Positions 51,319 through 62,018 of a stretch of DNA of 64,000 nucleotides are shown here, piece after piece; the first letter of the stretch is position 1; each line of letters opens with the position of its first letter. This DNA comes from Azolla caroliniana (Eukaryota > Plantae > Polypodiophyta). The notes under the pieces were generated by a model, which was not told the DNA's origin, did no database searches, and saw nothing but the letters and a program-made list of their open reading frames with translations. The position numbers were made by a program, and so were the translations under genes. The stretch spans positions 7,502,001 to 7,566,000 of the forward strand of contig JBHGNT010000020.1 of assembly GCA_043228905.1 (NCBI GenBank), given 5' to 3'.

Positions 51319-51806
51319 TTGATATCCCCGTGTCATCGTTATGGCACGGACGACTTGGACACCTCAGCAAGGCCGGCATAACGCACCTATCCAGAGCCGG
51401 TTACATCCCCAAGCTCTCCTTCTCGGATCACCAATTCTGCGAGCATTGCTAGTACGGCAAACAGGTAGCCGCATCTCACCCGACATCAGCACCAAGAGAA
51501 TCGAATCCCCTCGATTTGGTCCACTCGGACATCTACCGCCCGATGCCACATCAATCTCTCAGTGGTGCTTCGGACTTTGTTAGTTTCATCGACGACTCGA
51601 CTCGGAAGGTGTGGGCTTACCCCATTAGAACCAAAGATCGGGTGTTCTCGATCTTCTCCGAATGGATTGCAATGGTCGAAAATCAGACCGGTCGGAAACT
51701 GAAATGTCTCCGAACCAACAACGTAGGAGAATTCAAGTCTGAAGAATTCGTCAAATTTTGCCGGGAATGTGGCATCCGACGTGAATACACAGTCCCTTAT
51801 AGTCTG
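51319..51806 (+). pseudogene. D integrase segment
   Basis: WHGRLGH zinc finger, VHSD and FIDDSTRKVW motifs. Confidence 0.85.
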
Positions 51807-52177
51807 TGTTGTATGTTTGGCTGGACTAGCCGCAACACAGGTGTCTATCCGACACTTCTCCAAAGGGGTGGTAGGGATAGGATGTTAATACACGCGTATG
51901 ATAATTACACTTAAGCACAGACGAAGACAAGATTAATCAGCATAAGCAAAACTATATTAATTCTTCGCGCTTTCATTACAAAACATCGGATCCTTTTATA
52001 GGCATCCGGCCAGATTACAATCGGTGCTCGGTAGGCAACCGTTAACCGAAACCGAATCGGTTCGGATCCGGATCGGTTACAACTACCGGATCCGTCCCTC
52101 CTAATAATTCTATTCCTATTTCTATATTTATCCGATCCGACCTTGCTTTCCCATTTGCCTTCTCTGACCGGCCAACA
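51807..52177 (-). repeat. G2 3' LTR
   Basis: TGTTG...CAACA ends, identical to 61643-62013. Confidence 0.97.
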
Positions 52178-52179
52178 CA

Positions 52180-52220
52180 TGGCACGCCCGTGGGAAAGTG
52201 CATTGCTCTTCGAACCCACA
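52180..52220 (-). promoter_or_regulatory. tRNA 3'-half copy (antisense PBS) at the PPT position of G2
   Basis: Minus strand TGTGGGTTCGA-AGAGCAATGCACTT-TCCCACGGGCGTGCCA, then TG, then the LTR. No purine tract. Confidence 0.8.
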
Positions 52221-52227
52221 GCCGGCT

Positions 52228-55143
52228 TCAGTCTTCCTCCAAATTATCAGGCAAACTCCGCTCCGAGGTTTCAAGTGTTGTTTTGCCTGTGCCGTCTCCG
52301 ACGTCCGATTGGATTGGTTGCCTTTCCGCATCTTGCTGCTCCGACTCTGCTTCTACCGGTAGTACCGGTGTTTCTTCGGTATCTTGTCCGGGTCTGTCCT
52401 GCTCCACCTCCGTTCCGTTCCCGGTATCGCTCTCTCCGGTTTCCACTGGTTGTGTCCTTTCCTCCCCGGATTCGGTACTTCTCTGTCTCCACTCTGCATC
52501 ATCCCCGGCATCAACCTGTTCTTGCTCCGGAAGTTCTTCCTCGGGTAATTCTTGTCGGGGTGCGTTGTCGGTTGGGTTCTTTTCAGCCGATCGCTCGCCC
52601 TCACTGATGGAGATCGGCGTTGTGCGTCCCTCGGCTTCCTGTCGCAGTCGGTCCTTCTCGTACCCTTCCAATTCCAGTTGGGTTTCGAGCTGCCCGTCAT
52701 CCAACCTCTCTACTAACCCTCGGATTTCCTTGAGATGCTCTTCTGCTAGGGCATAGAAATCCTCCGACAATTCTTCCCGGATGTTGACGATACTTTCTTC
52801 GTCCATTTTATAGAACCCATCTCCGTTTTTCTTCCGATTTTCTGCATCAGCTCGGAGTATCTGCAGTTCAGCTGCCTGTTGTGCCCATTCCTTCCAGAGT
52901 TTCTCCGTGCTTTCATTTATGCTGGCCTGAGCTCGGGTACTCCAGCTTGACATGATGAACTTAATTCGGTCAACCCCTGCTTTAGCCTGTTCCGAAGCTG
53001 CTTGTTTTTCCTTCCTTATCCGTTTGATGATGTCGGCCATTAACTGAGCTTGAGCTTCCGAGTCGACTTTTTGCTTGTCACAGGTACTCCGCCATTTGTT
53101 GATTTCGAAAGTCGACTTCACTTTTTCCTCGTTCCAACTCTTTGTCAGCTCCCCTACTTTCTGCCGAAGTACTTCCATCTCTTTTCTTTGTTCCGACGTC
53201 AAGGTCTTCTCCACCGATACTTCCTCCCTTGCTTTGGACAATTCCAAGCGGTTTTCCTTGAGCTGCTCTTTCAGCTTTTCTATCTGTCGGTCGTACGTTG
53301 CTGCCTGATTCTTGATGTCCGACGTGGCCTGTTTATAATCCTTACATAGTCTGTCGAATTCCTCCGTCTTCTGTTTTAGGCGTCGGTTCGCCTGAGCTCG
53401 CAACTGATCATCCCGGTCCTTTTGTTGTCGGAGTTCCTCTCGCAACCGCTCGATTTCTTGCTCCATTCGTCGGCGCAGCCTATCTTTTTCCTTTTGCAGT
53501 GTCCCGTTTTCTTCTTGTAGTCGGTCATTGGTGGCTTTGCTTCGGCGAAGGCCTTCCTCCATTCGCCGTCTGTCGTCTTCTGCCAACTTCCGCTGTTCTC
53601 TTTCGTTATCTCTCAATGCCTCCTGAGCCTGTAATTCTTCTTTCAAAGTTTCTATTAACTTCTCGGTCTCAGGGCCGGTTTGCAAGGCCTTCTCCGTTTG
53701 TGGTTCGGCTTGCTTTTCTGATGTCCCGACCGGCTCGGTGCCATCTTGTGCTTGTCGGCTGCCTTCTTTTGCCTGTGCTATCTCTTCCTGCAGCTCATTT
53801 AATTGTGCCCGGAGCATGACCATATCCTTAGTCATCGTCCTAGTCACTTCTTCTCTTTGCTCCTCCTCCTTCTCCATCTGGTCTGCTACTCCCGACAACT
53901 GCCCTGACAACCACCTTAGCCATTGTGCCTTTGTTCTGCCTTCGTTGGTGTCAGCAGGCGTGCCTAGCTCCGGCTGTTTTTCCGACTGTTTCTCCGGCCT
54001 CTTCTCTTGTTCCGGCGCTTGTTCCTTTCTTTGTTCCTCGAACTCCGCCGCCGTCGGTTCCGGTACTGCCGTCTCTGGTGCAGACGGACCTTCATCCTGT
54101 GTCGCTTCTGTTCCGGTTACTGGAGGCGGTTCTTTTGCCCTTTGCTGAGTTCCGTCCGCTGTTGGGGTCGGTCTTGTCGCTCGTTTCTCCTTTCCTTGCC
54201 TGGGTGGTAGTATTAACATCGGTTCGGATGAGTCTTCCTCTGTTTCAGCGTCCTCCGTCGGTGCCACTATTGGTTCCTTTACTGGTACCGGTTCCGATTC
54301 GAGCGTTACTGGTTCGGTGTCGGTTTGCCTCTTGCTGGTCTTCTTTGCCACCTTCTCCTTGCCCTTTTCCGCCTTTTTCTTCTTCATGGTCGGTTGCTGT
54401 TGCTGTTTCTGTGGCTGCCGTGATGAGCCTTCCTCCCGTTGCTGTCGGGAGGAGTCTTCTTCCCTCGGTTGTCGAGATGAGCCTTCTTTCCGTGGCTGTC
54501 GGGATGATCCTTCTTCCCGCGGCGCTTCTTCTTCCTGTGTCCATCCTGGGGTGTGTTTCTCTAGTATTCGTCGGCGCTTCATGGTTTGCTTCGGGGTAGT
54601 CTCCTGCCGACTTCTTTGCTTGTGCTTGATGGGGGACACTGGTGGGACCAACACTGTTAACCATTGGGATATTCCGGCCCATGGCTTCTTCCCTTCCACC
54701 AAGTGCTTTATCGCCTCTTTCAGTCCTTCGGTGATGAAGTGGAGCCAGTCCACCTGCAGGCCTTCGAATGTCGCGATGACGATCGCTGCCCGGTATTTGG
54801 CTATGGCTGCCGGACGAGGGTTCACGAACCCGTACTCCATCAGGGCGCGGGCCACCTCTCCGAACAGCAGGTTTTCTCCGCCCTGTGTGCGATACGCCTT
54901 GCTGCTAAGGGAGTATTCGCCGAAATACTCGAAGAATATTTGGCTCGAGGGTAGCTCTATCGTCTGAAGTCCTCCCTCCGAAATCCCTGTGAGCGCTTGT
55001 ACCGCTCCTTCAGTGACCTCTGCTAAGTCCACCGCTGTTGCCGCCTGCTCTGGTTCCTTGTGTGGTGGAGCGTCAGCAACCCGCAGCAGCCCTCCTAATC
55101 CGTTCTCTGTCAGCCATTGTCGCGCTCCGTCCGACAGTGCCAT
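52228..55143 (-). CDS. G2 extra ORF, ~971-aa protein with a globular N-terminal domain, long coiled coil and acidic tail
   Basis: Uninterrupted frame (52228-55347). ATG 55143 was chosen from alignment with G1 and from the upstream TATA box. Confidence 0.88.
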   Translation of the reverse strand: MALSDGARQWLTENGLGGLLRVADAPPHKEPEQAATAVDLAEVTEGAVQALTGISEGGLQTIELPSSQIFFEYFGEYSLSSKAYRTQGGENLLFGEVARALMEYGFVNPRPAAIAKYRAAIVIATFEGLQVDWLHFITEGLKEAIKHLVEGKKPWAGISQWLTVLVPPVSPIKHKQRSRQETTPKQTMKRRRILEKHTPGWTQEEEAPREEGSSRQPRKEGSSRQPREEDSSRQQREEGSSRQPQKQQQQPTMKKKKAEKGKEKVAKKTSKRQTDTEPVTLESEPVPVKEPIVAPTEDAETEEDSSEPMLILPPRQGKEKRATRPTPTADGTQQRAKEPPPVTGTEATQDEGPSAPETAVPEPTAAEFEEQRKEQAPEQEKRPEKQSEKQPELGTPADTNEGRTKAQWLRWLSGQLSGVADQMEKEEEQREEVTRTMTKDMVMLRAQLNELQEEIAQAKEGSRQAQDGTEPVGTSEKQAEPQTEKALQTGPETEKLIETLKEELQAQEALRDNEREQRKLAEDDRRRMEEGLRRSKATNDRLQEENGTLQKEKDRLRRRMEQEIERLREELRQQKDRDDQLRAQANRRLKQKTEEFDRLCKDYKQATSDIKNQAATYDRQIEKLKEQLKENRLELSKAREEVSVEKTLTSEQRKEMEVLRQKVGELTKSWNEEKVKSTFEINKWRSTCDKQKVDSEAQAQLMADIIKRIRKEKQAASEQAKAGVDRIKFIMSSWSTRAQASINESTEKLWKEWAQQAAELQILRADAENRKKNGDGFYKMDEESIVNIREELSEDFYALAEEHLKEIRGLVERLDDGQLETQLELEGYEKDRLRQEAEGRTTPISISEGERSAEKNPTDNAPRQELPEEELPEQEQVDAGDDAEWRQRSTESGEERTQPVETGESDTGNGTEVEQDRPGQDTEETPVLPVEAESEQQDAERQPIQSDVGDGTGKTTLETSERSLPDNLEED

Positions 55144-55278
55144 CGCTTCTTCTTCGTCTGCTGCTGCCTGTGGTCTGAGGTCGGGGTGTAGGTGTTCTGC
55201 GCGTCGGATCTTGCTGTCTTGAGCCTGCGTTTGCTTGTGGGAAAATTCGTAAAAAGTGAACCCTTCCCCGGTTCTTCC

Positions 55279-55286
55279 TTTATATA
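55279..55286 (-). promoter_or_regulatory. Candidate internal TATA box for the extra ORF
   Basis: CTATATAAAGG about 136 bp upstream of the ATG. Confidence 0.45.
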
Positions 55287-55714
55287 GTGGCGTTTCCCTC
55301 GAGCCGCCTTTTCCTCTTTTTCGCGCGTCCCCTGCCATAATTAGCATGTCACTCTTTAATTTTTGACGGCTACACGTGTTCTGCCATAATTAGCATGTAA
55401 CTTTTTAATTCTGACGGCTGCACGTTTTCTGCCTATTTTTGGCGCCTGCGCCTGCTGTGTCATGAATAGTATGTCTGTCCTTTGCTGCCGCGTGTCATGC
55501 TTGCGTTTCTTTGCCGCGTGTGTCGAATCTCCTACGTGTCTGTCATTATGACTCCTTAATTGACGCGCGTTTTAAATTCTGTACATCGGCCCCCCACGTT
55601 CTGCTTTAAATAGCTCGTGCATCCGTGTGACGGTTGTAACTACCTCCTTCATCATTACCATGATTTTCTTGATCTTCTTGTCTTGAATTTTCTTGACCGT
55701 AGCACCACGTCATC

Positions 55715-55754
55715 TTTTTTTTTTTTTTTTTCTTTTTTTTTTTTTTTCTTTTTT

Positions 55755-55785
<31 letters not shown>
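55715..55785 (-). repeat. ~70-nt poly(A)-like tract just after the pol stop
   Basis: T run on the + strand, interrupted by three C residues. Confidence 0.9.
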
Positions 55786-55788
<3 letters not shown>

Positions 55789-55797
55789 TATGCCGCA

Positions 55798-58700
55798 TCA
55801 TTGTTCGGTTCCCCCCGATGTGTTCGGGTCGGTGCGCACTGTTGTCGGTTCCTCGTCGTTGTTACGCGTCGGTGTCGGTTCCTCGCCATTCGGGCTTTCC
55901 GGGTCTTGCTTGAAGGGGTTAGCTGGCATGTGCCCCTTATACGGTTTTAGGCGAAAACCATTTGCCCATTTGCCCACAACTTCTCCTGACAACGTCCCGA
56001 GCTGGTAAGACCCATTGTATTCCTTTGTGATCCAGAATGGTCCGGTCCACCGAAATCGCAATTTCCCTGGCATGCTCCCCATCCTTGTCTGGAACAGTAA
56101 TACCGGTTTCCCGATCTGGAATTCCTTTTCGTTACCGCGCCGGTGTCGGTCTACAAAGGCTTTCCTCCTCCTTTGCTCTAGTTCTAGCTGTAGCAGGCTG
56201 GCTATTCGATTTTCTTCCAGTTCTAACAGCATCTTCAGCCGGATTCGTTCGGATTCCTTCTCGCTTAACCGCTCCTTAACCTGTATTCTTAAGCTAGGAA
56301 TTTGGAATTCTACTGGCATGACTGCTTCCAAGCCGAATGCCAGTCGGAACGGGGTCGTCCGGATGCTAGTCTTGTACGCCGTTCGGTACGCCCACAGCAC
56401 GCTCTGCAACTTCGTGTCCCAGTCGGTCCGGTTCTCATTGACGATTTTTCTAAGGATGTTCTGTAGCGTTTTGTTTGTTGATTCCGCTAATCCGTTGGCT
56501 TGAGGGTAGTAGGGAGTGCTTCGTTTGTGTACTACCGCATAGAATGATGTCAAACTTTCCACCACCTGCCCGAGGAAATGTCCTCCCTGGTCACTGATCA
56601 GCTCAATCGGGCATCCGTACCGACACCATATGTATTCATATAAAAATTTGGCCGTGGATGCCGCCGTGTTGTCCCGTAGTGCCTTTGCTTCTACCCATTT
56701 GGTGCAGTAGTCGGTAGCCACTATTATATACCGATTTCCGGTCCGCATTGACGGTGGCTTAAAGGGGCCGACAAAGTCCAAGCCCCACTTTTGGAATGGT
56801 TCTAATGGCAAGACCGGGTGATGTGGCATCCGGGCCTGCTCCGTGGGTTGGCCCAGTCGTTGACAGAGGTCGCATTCCCTGCTATACTTAACGGCATCTC
56901 TCATGGTAGTAGACCACCATAGTCCGCTCTGCCATATCTTCCGGGCTGTTGTTTCGCCGGCATAATGCCCGCCTGCAATTCCACAGTGGGCTTCCCTCAG
57001 GATCAGATCCTTTTCATCGCTCCGCACTGCTCGCCTCCATACGCCATCTGCCCCCTTGTGATAGAGGGTGTCTCCTACCAAGCAGAAATGTCTGCTCCGT
57101 ACTGCCATCCTCTTCCGTTCGTCTCGGTCCAGGTTTTCCGGGGGAACTCCGGTGCTCAGGAACTGATGCATTTCGGTTAACCATTTGTCTTCGTCCGCTA
57201 CTGTGGTCTCCGTTGCCGGTGCCGTCGTGACCTTAAACAGCTCGGCGTCGGGAAATTCGTCCTGTACGCCGTCCCCTGATTCTCCGGATTCTAGTCTGCT
57301 CAGGTAGTCTGCTACCGCATGCTGCGCCCCGGGTCGGTGGAAAATGTCGAATTCGAATTCCTGTAATAGCAGCGTCCACCGTGCGAGTTTTCCTGTCAGG
57401 GCTGCCTTTGAGACCAGGTAGAGTAGTGCCGAGTGGTCAACGTGGAAAGAGAACTTTCGTCCGAGCAGATAGTGCCTGTACTTTGTGACACTGTACACCA
57501 TTCCTAATGCCTCTCGTTCCGTTGTAGAGTAGTTCCGTTCGGCTTTCGAGAGTTTCCTGCTTGCGTAGTACACCGGCCGATACCATTTCGGTTTCGTGAG
57601 TTGCATCAAAACGCTGCCGATTGCTACGTCCGACGCGTCGACGAAAACGTGAAAGCTTTTACTCCAGTCCGGCGGCTGCACCACCGGAGCTTGTGACAGC
57701 ATGACCTTCAATGCTTGGTAGGCTGCCTCCTCCATTTCTGTCCATTGGAAAGGTACTCTATGTACAGCAGCATGCAATGGTGTCGCAAAGTCGGCAAGGT
57801 GCCGTATCATCCGACTATGCCACCTTATTTGACCAAGGAATCGGCTTAAAGCTTTTGCGCTATTCGGTGCCGGTGCGTCGAGAATTGCTTTTACCTTATC
57901 CGGATCTACCGCGATTCCTTCTCGACTCACCACGTGGCCTAACAAATTGCCGCTTGCGACTCCGAAGACGCACTTAGCCGGGTTCAGACTTAATCGGTAC
58001 TCGCGGCACTTTTCTAAGCATATTCGTAGGTGATCGAAATGCTCTCCGTGTCGGCTGTAGACGGCGAAATCGTCTAGGAAGACCTGCATAAAACCGGGAA
58101 TAAAATCACCGAAGATTTCCATAATTATCCTTTGAAATGTTGCAGGGGCTGTCTTTAATCCGAACATCATCACGACCGCGACGAACACTCCCCATTCCGT
58201 CACGAACGCTGTTTTTTCTTGGTCGGCCGGGTTCATTCGGATTTGGTTGTAGCCGCTGAATCCGTCCAGGAAGCTGTAAACTTCGTGGCCGGCCACCGCA
58301 TCTAGCACTCCGTCCGTGAATGGTAGTGGAAAAGCGTCGGTCACTGTCGCGGCATTTAGTTTCCTGTAGTCCACACATACCCGGATTTTGCCGTTCTTTT
58401 TCGGGACCACCACTATCGGGCTTAGCCAGGTTGCCTGCTTGACTGGTCGGATAAATCCGACCCGGAGAAGCTTGTCTATTTCCTCCTTCACCTTTGCCGC
58501 ATAGTTTGGATTCATCCGGTACCGACGTTGAGCGATGGGTTTCGCGTCAGTACTTAGATGAATTTGGTGCTGGTAGAGTTGGGGGTCCAACCCTCGCATG
58601 TCTTCGTATGACCATGCGAACACGTCCTTGAATTCCGTTAACAGTGCTACCATTGCCTGTTTTTCCTCCTTTGGCAATTCCTTCGCGACTTTTACCGGTC

Positions 58701-61590
58701 GGGGTTGTTCTGTTGTGCCGAGGTCCACCTCTTCGAGTTGGGATGCTTTCACCCTTTGGGATATCGTCATTTCTCTTTCTAGGGCTTCCTGTGCTTGGCG
58801 TAGTTCCTGGATCGCCACTTTGTCCGGCTCGTCCGGCATTGTGATGTACGGCTCTACTGCTGCCGTGATATCCACCTCAAAAAGTGGGACGATCTGTGGG
58901 TGTTCCTCGAGGTACCGATCAACTTCCTCATCCGGTAAGCCCTGCAACATGTTGATGCTTTCGGCATATAAAGGGGTTGCCTCCTTGCTAGTGAGCACCC
59001 GTGGTTGCGTGGCTACCCGTACCTTTGTTTTCCCTCGTCGGAACGTGATCATATTCTTTTGCCAATTTTGCTTGATATGCGCCGTTCGCAGCCATGGTCG
59101 TCCTAACAGTAGGGGATATGCGCCTTGTACATTCAGCTCTAGTACCACGGCCGATATTCGGAATACGTGGCCTCCTATTGTTACTTCCAAGTCCCGGATA
59201 AGACCAGTTGGGCGGACTGAGCTTGTATCCGCCATGCGTAACCAGAAGGGGCATGGTTCCCACTCCTGGATGCCTAGGTCGTCGCATGTCTGTCGACTAA
59301 TGACGTTCACCCCGGAGCCTCCGTCAATAATTGTTCCTGGAATCTCCTTTCCTTTGACGATTGTCGTGATTGCTGGGCTACTGGTATCAACCACCGCTGG
59401 GCCTTCCTCCGGGTTGGAGAAAAATGCCGGTGCTGGCGTCGGCGTCGGTTTGCTCACTGCGGCTTGTAAGTCTGCTGTGAACCGCGGCACCAACTGCAGT
59501 AACCGCGCCAACGGCAGCACGATCTGACAATCTTGTAGTGCTTGCCATGTCGGGTTTTCTCCTGGCTGTACGATTTCCTCCTCCCTTGGCATATTTTGGT
59601 TTCTTACTTCCGCCGCACCTTGTTCGTTGGCTTCTTTGATCCATTGTGCCGCTTGTTTTCTGATTGCTTCCTGGGCTTCCCATTCGGCGGCTTTCCCCTT
59701 CGACCGCGTGGTAACCTGCTGTACTTCGGCTGTCACCATGTTGACTGCTGGCTGCTTGTCGGCTGTTTTGCTTGGGCATTGATTACTGTAATGCCCTTCT
59801 TTTCGGCAGTAATAACAGTACACCCTGTGCGTGTTGCTGGATTCTCCTTTTTCCCATGTTTGGGGGAGGGGCATTCCCCGGCGGTTGTCCACGGTTTTTT
59901 GGTTCTCCGGTGCCGCTACTGGTTTGTCATTCCTTGTTGCCTCCCGATGCTCCTCTCTACGGAAGAATCCACGCCTTTGGTTCCGTCGGAAATTCCGGTT
60001 CCCTGGCCGCCTTTCTTCTCTGCGTCGCTCGTATTCCGGGGATTCGTCTCGGTCATACCGGTCCCGGGGGTAGCTATCCCTTCGGTTCTCCTCTCGGTCG
60101 TACCGGTCCCGGGGGTAGCTATCCCTTCGGTTCTCCTCTCGGTCATAGCTGTCGCGTCTTCTATCGGGGTATCTGTCGCCGCGTTCTCGTCGGTAGCGGT
60201 CGTCCCTCCGGAATCGATCCTCTTCCGGGTCCCGATTGCGCGGTTCTATGTGTCGGACCGGTGCCGCTTGTCGAGTTAACAGGTTATACTCGCATTGGTT
60301 CGTTGTGTGGGCGCGAGAATTGCATATCATGCACTGTGCGCGCAGGGTGCAGTCAACGGTCGAGTGCCCCGAATTTAGGCATGTTGTGCATTGTAGGGCT
60401 TGTCGGAACCGGAGGTCCTCCTCCTTCGGAAGCGCCTGGTGTAACGCCCCCATCGGCAAGAAGGGGCTCGTGTTGTCCATTTCTAGGACCCGATCAATGA
60501 CTTGGTCCATTGTGCTGGTGCTGAAATCGATGATTCCACACATCGCTCGAAGTGGGTCTTTTAACGCAGCCAAAAAGACTGCCTTGGCCTCCTCTTCGGG
60601 TGGTGCTCTTGCTAATTGACTGTGCAAGGTCTGGAAACGAATGATAAATTGTGGGACCGTCTCGTTTTCTCCCTACCGAGTGGTGTAGAATTGTCCGACC
60701 AATTCCCTTTGTTCCACTCGTCTATGAAACAAGCGTAAAAACTGGGTTTTCAATGCCTCGAACGTGGCGAAGCTGCCTGGTAAGTGCTTGTCGTGCCACC
60801 GGGCCGCCGGTCCTTCTAATGTCATGCCGAATTCGGCGACTTTGGATCGGTCGGCCTCGGCCTCCGTCAGTCTCTGGGACACGTGGTTGGCTTCCCATGT
60901 TCGCAGGAATGCATACACATGTGCCTCTCCGTCGGGCTCATCCCGATACTTTGGGTACGGATACGGCATCGTGTCGTCCCACTGATTCTCCTGCGCTGGT
61001 TCCTCCGATGTCGGTCTCCGCTCCTGCGGTTCCTCCGCAGGTGGTGTTGGTATCCGCTCCTGCGGTTCCTCCGCGGGTGGTGTTGGTATCCGCTCCTGCG
61101 GTTCCTCCGCGGGTGGTGTTGATAACCGCTCCTGCGGTTCCTCCGCGGGTGGTGTTGGTATCCGCTCCTCCCTCCTCGGCGATTGCCGGTCACCGAACTC
61201 CAGAGTTAGTTCCTCCTCTGGCTCCGATGTTGCTGAGTGATCCGACTCAAAGGGGTTGTTCCCGTGTCTGCTTTTATAGCGGGATCCCACGCTTTCCCCG
61301 CTATCCGAATCCGCCTCTAATGTTGCAAATGCCGCTGCGTCCCCGTCGCCGCCAGCGAGAGTCTGTAGTAGTGTCTCCGCTTCTTGGAGGCTGGTTATGC
61401 TACTGCCTTCGTCGGAAGCTTGTAGAACTTGGAACTGCAGTGCGTTTTCTGCGATTTGCCGAAGCGTTGTTGAGAATGACCGATCGCTCCGGATCTCGTC
61501 GACGGCTTGCTGCAAGGCTTCCCGTCGTCGCTGCCGTTCGGCGTGGCGTCTCCCTCTTTCGGTGATGTGGTCGTTATTTTGTCTAGACAT
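55798..61590 (-). CDS. G2 gag-pol polyprotein (~1930 codons) with one in-frame TAG at 60673-60675
   Basis: ORFs 60673-61674 and 55798-60627 share a frame. Capsid, CCHC knuckles, IDGGSG protease, FLDDF RT, RNase H, and integrase with a GPF motif. Confidence 0.92.
61019..61168. repeat. 36-bp coding tandem repeat in gag (RIPTPPAEEPQE, about 4 copies)
   Basis: Repeated CGCTCCTGCGGTTCCTCCGC units. Confidence 0.88.
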
Positions 61591-61626
61591 CCATCCCCCG
61601 GTTGTCCTCTGCACTCTGCAGGAATC

Positions 61627-61636
61627 GTGGTCGCCA
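61627..61636 (-). promoter_or_regulatory. G2 PBS (tRNA-Arg(UCG)-like)
   Basis: TGGCGACCAC, 6 nt after the 5' LTR. tRNA identity is from recall. Confidence 0.78.
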
Positions 61637-61642
61637 AAATAG

Positions 61643-62013
61643 TGTTGTATGTTTGGCTGGACTAGCCGCAACACAGGTGTCTATCCGACACTTCTCCAAA
61701 GGGGTGGTAGGGATAGGATGTTAATACACGCGTATGATAATTACACTTAAGCACAGACGAAGACAAGATTAATCAGCATAAGCAAAACTATATTAATTCT
61801 TCGCGCTTTCATTACAAAACATCGGATCCTTTTATAGGCATCCGGCCAGATTACAATCGGTGCTCGGTAGGCAACCGTTAACCGAAACCGAATCGGTTCG
61901 GATCCGGATCGGTTACAACTACCGGATCCGTCCCTCCTAATAATTCTATTCCTATTTCTATATTTATCCGATCCGACCTTGCTTTCCCATTTGCCTTCTC
62001 TGACCGGCCAACA
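61643..62013 (-). repeat. G2 5' LTR
   Basis: Identical to 51807-52177 and followed by TSD GTCTG. Confidence 0.97.
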
Positions 62014-62018
62014 GTCTG

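Larger units (their letters stand above)
51807..62013 (-). mobile_element. Near-intact, very young Athila/Phygy-like Ty3/gypsy element G2 with 3' extra ORF
   Basis: 371-bp LTRs at 51807-52177 and 61643-62013 are identical by eye. TSD GTCTG, PBS and long ORFs are present. Confidence 0.97.

Noticed and set aside
52228-55347. Calling the extra ORF a retroviral env
   Set aside because: No signal peptide, transmembrane segment or fusion-protein features are visible.
55144-55347. 68-aa N-terminal extension of the extra ORF
   Set aside because: It is not conserved in G1 and overlaps the candidate TATA box.
60673-60675. Programmed gag-pol readthrough
   Set aside because: The stop is inside the capsid region rather than at the gag/pol boundary, and G1 has Gln there.
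60651-61565. 304-aa antisense ORF and similar shadow ORFs
   Set aside because: These are by-products of GC-rich, repeat-containing coding sequence on the other strand.
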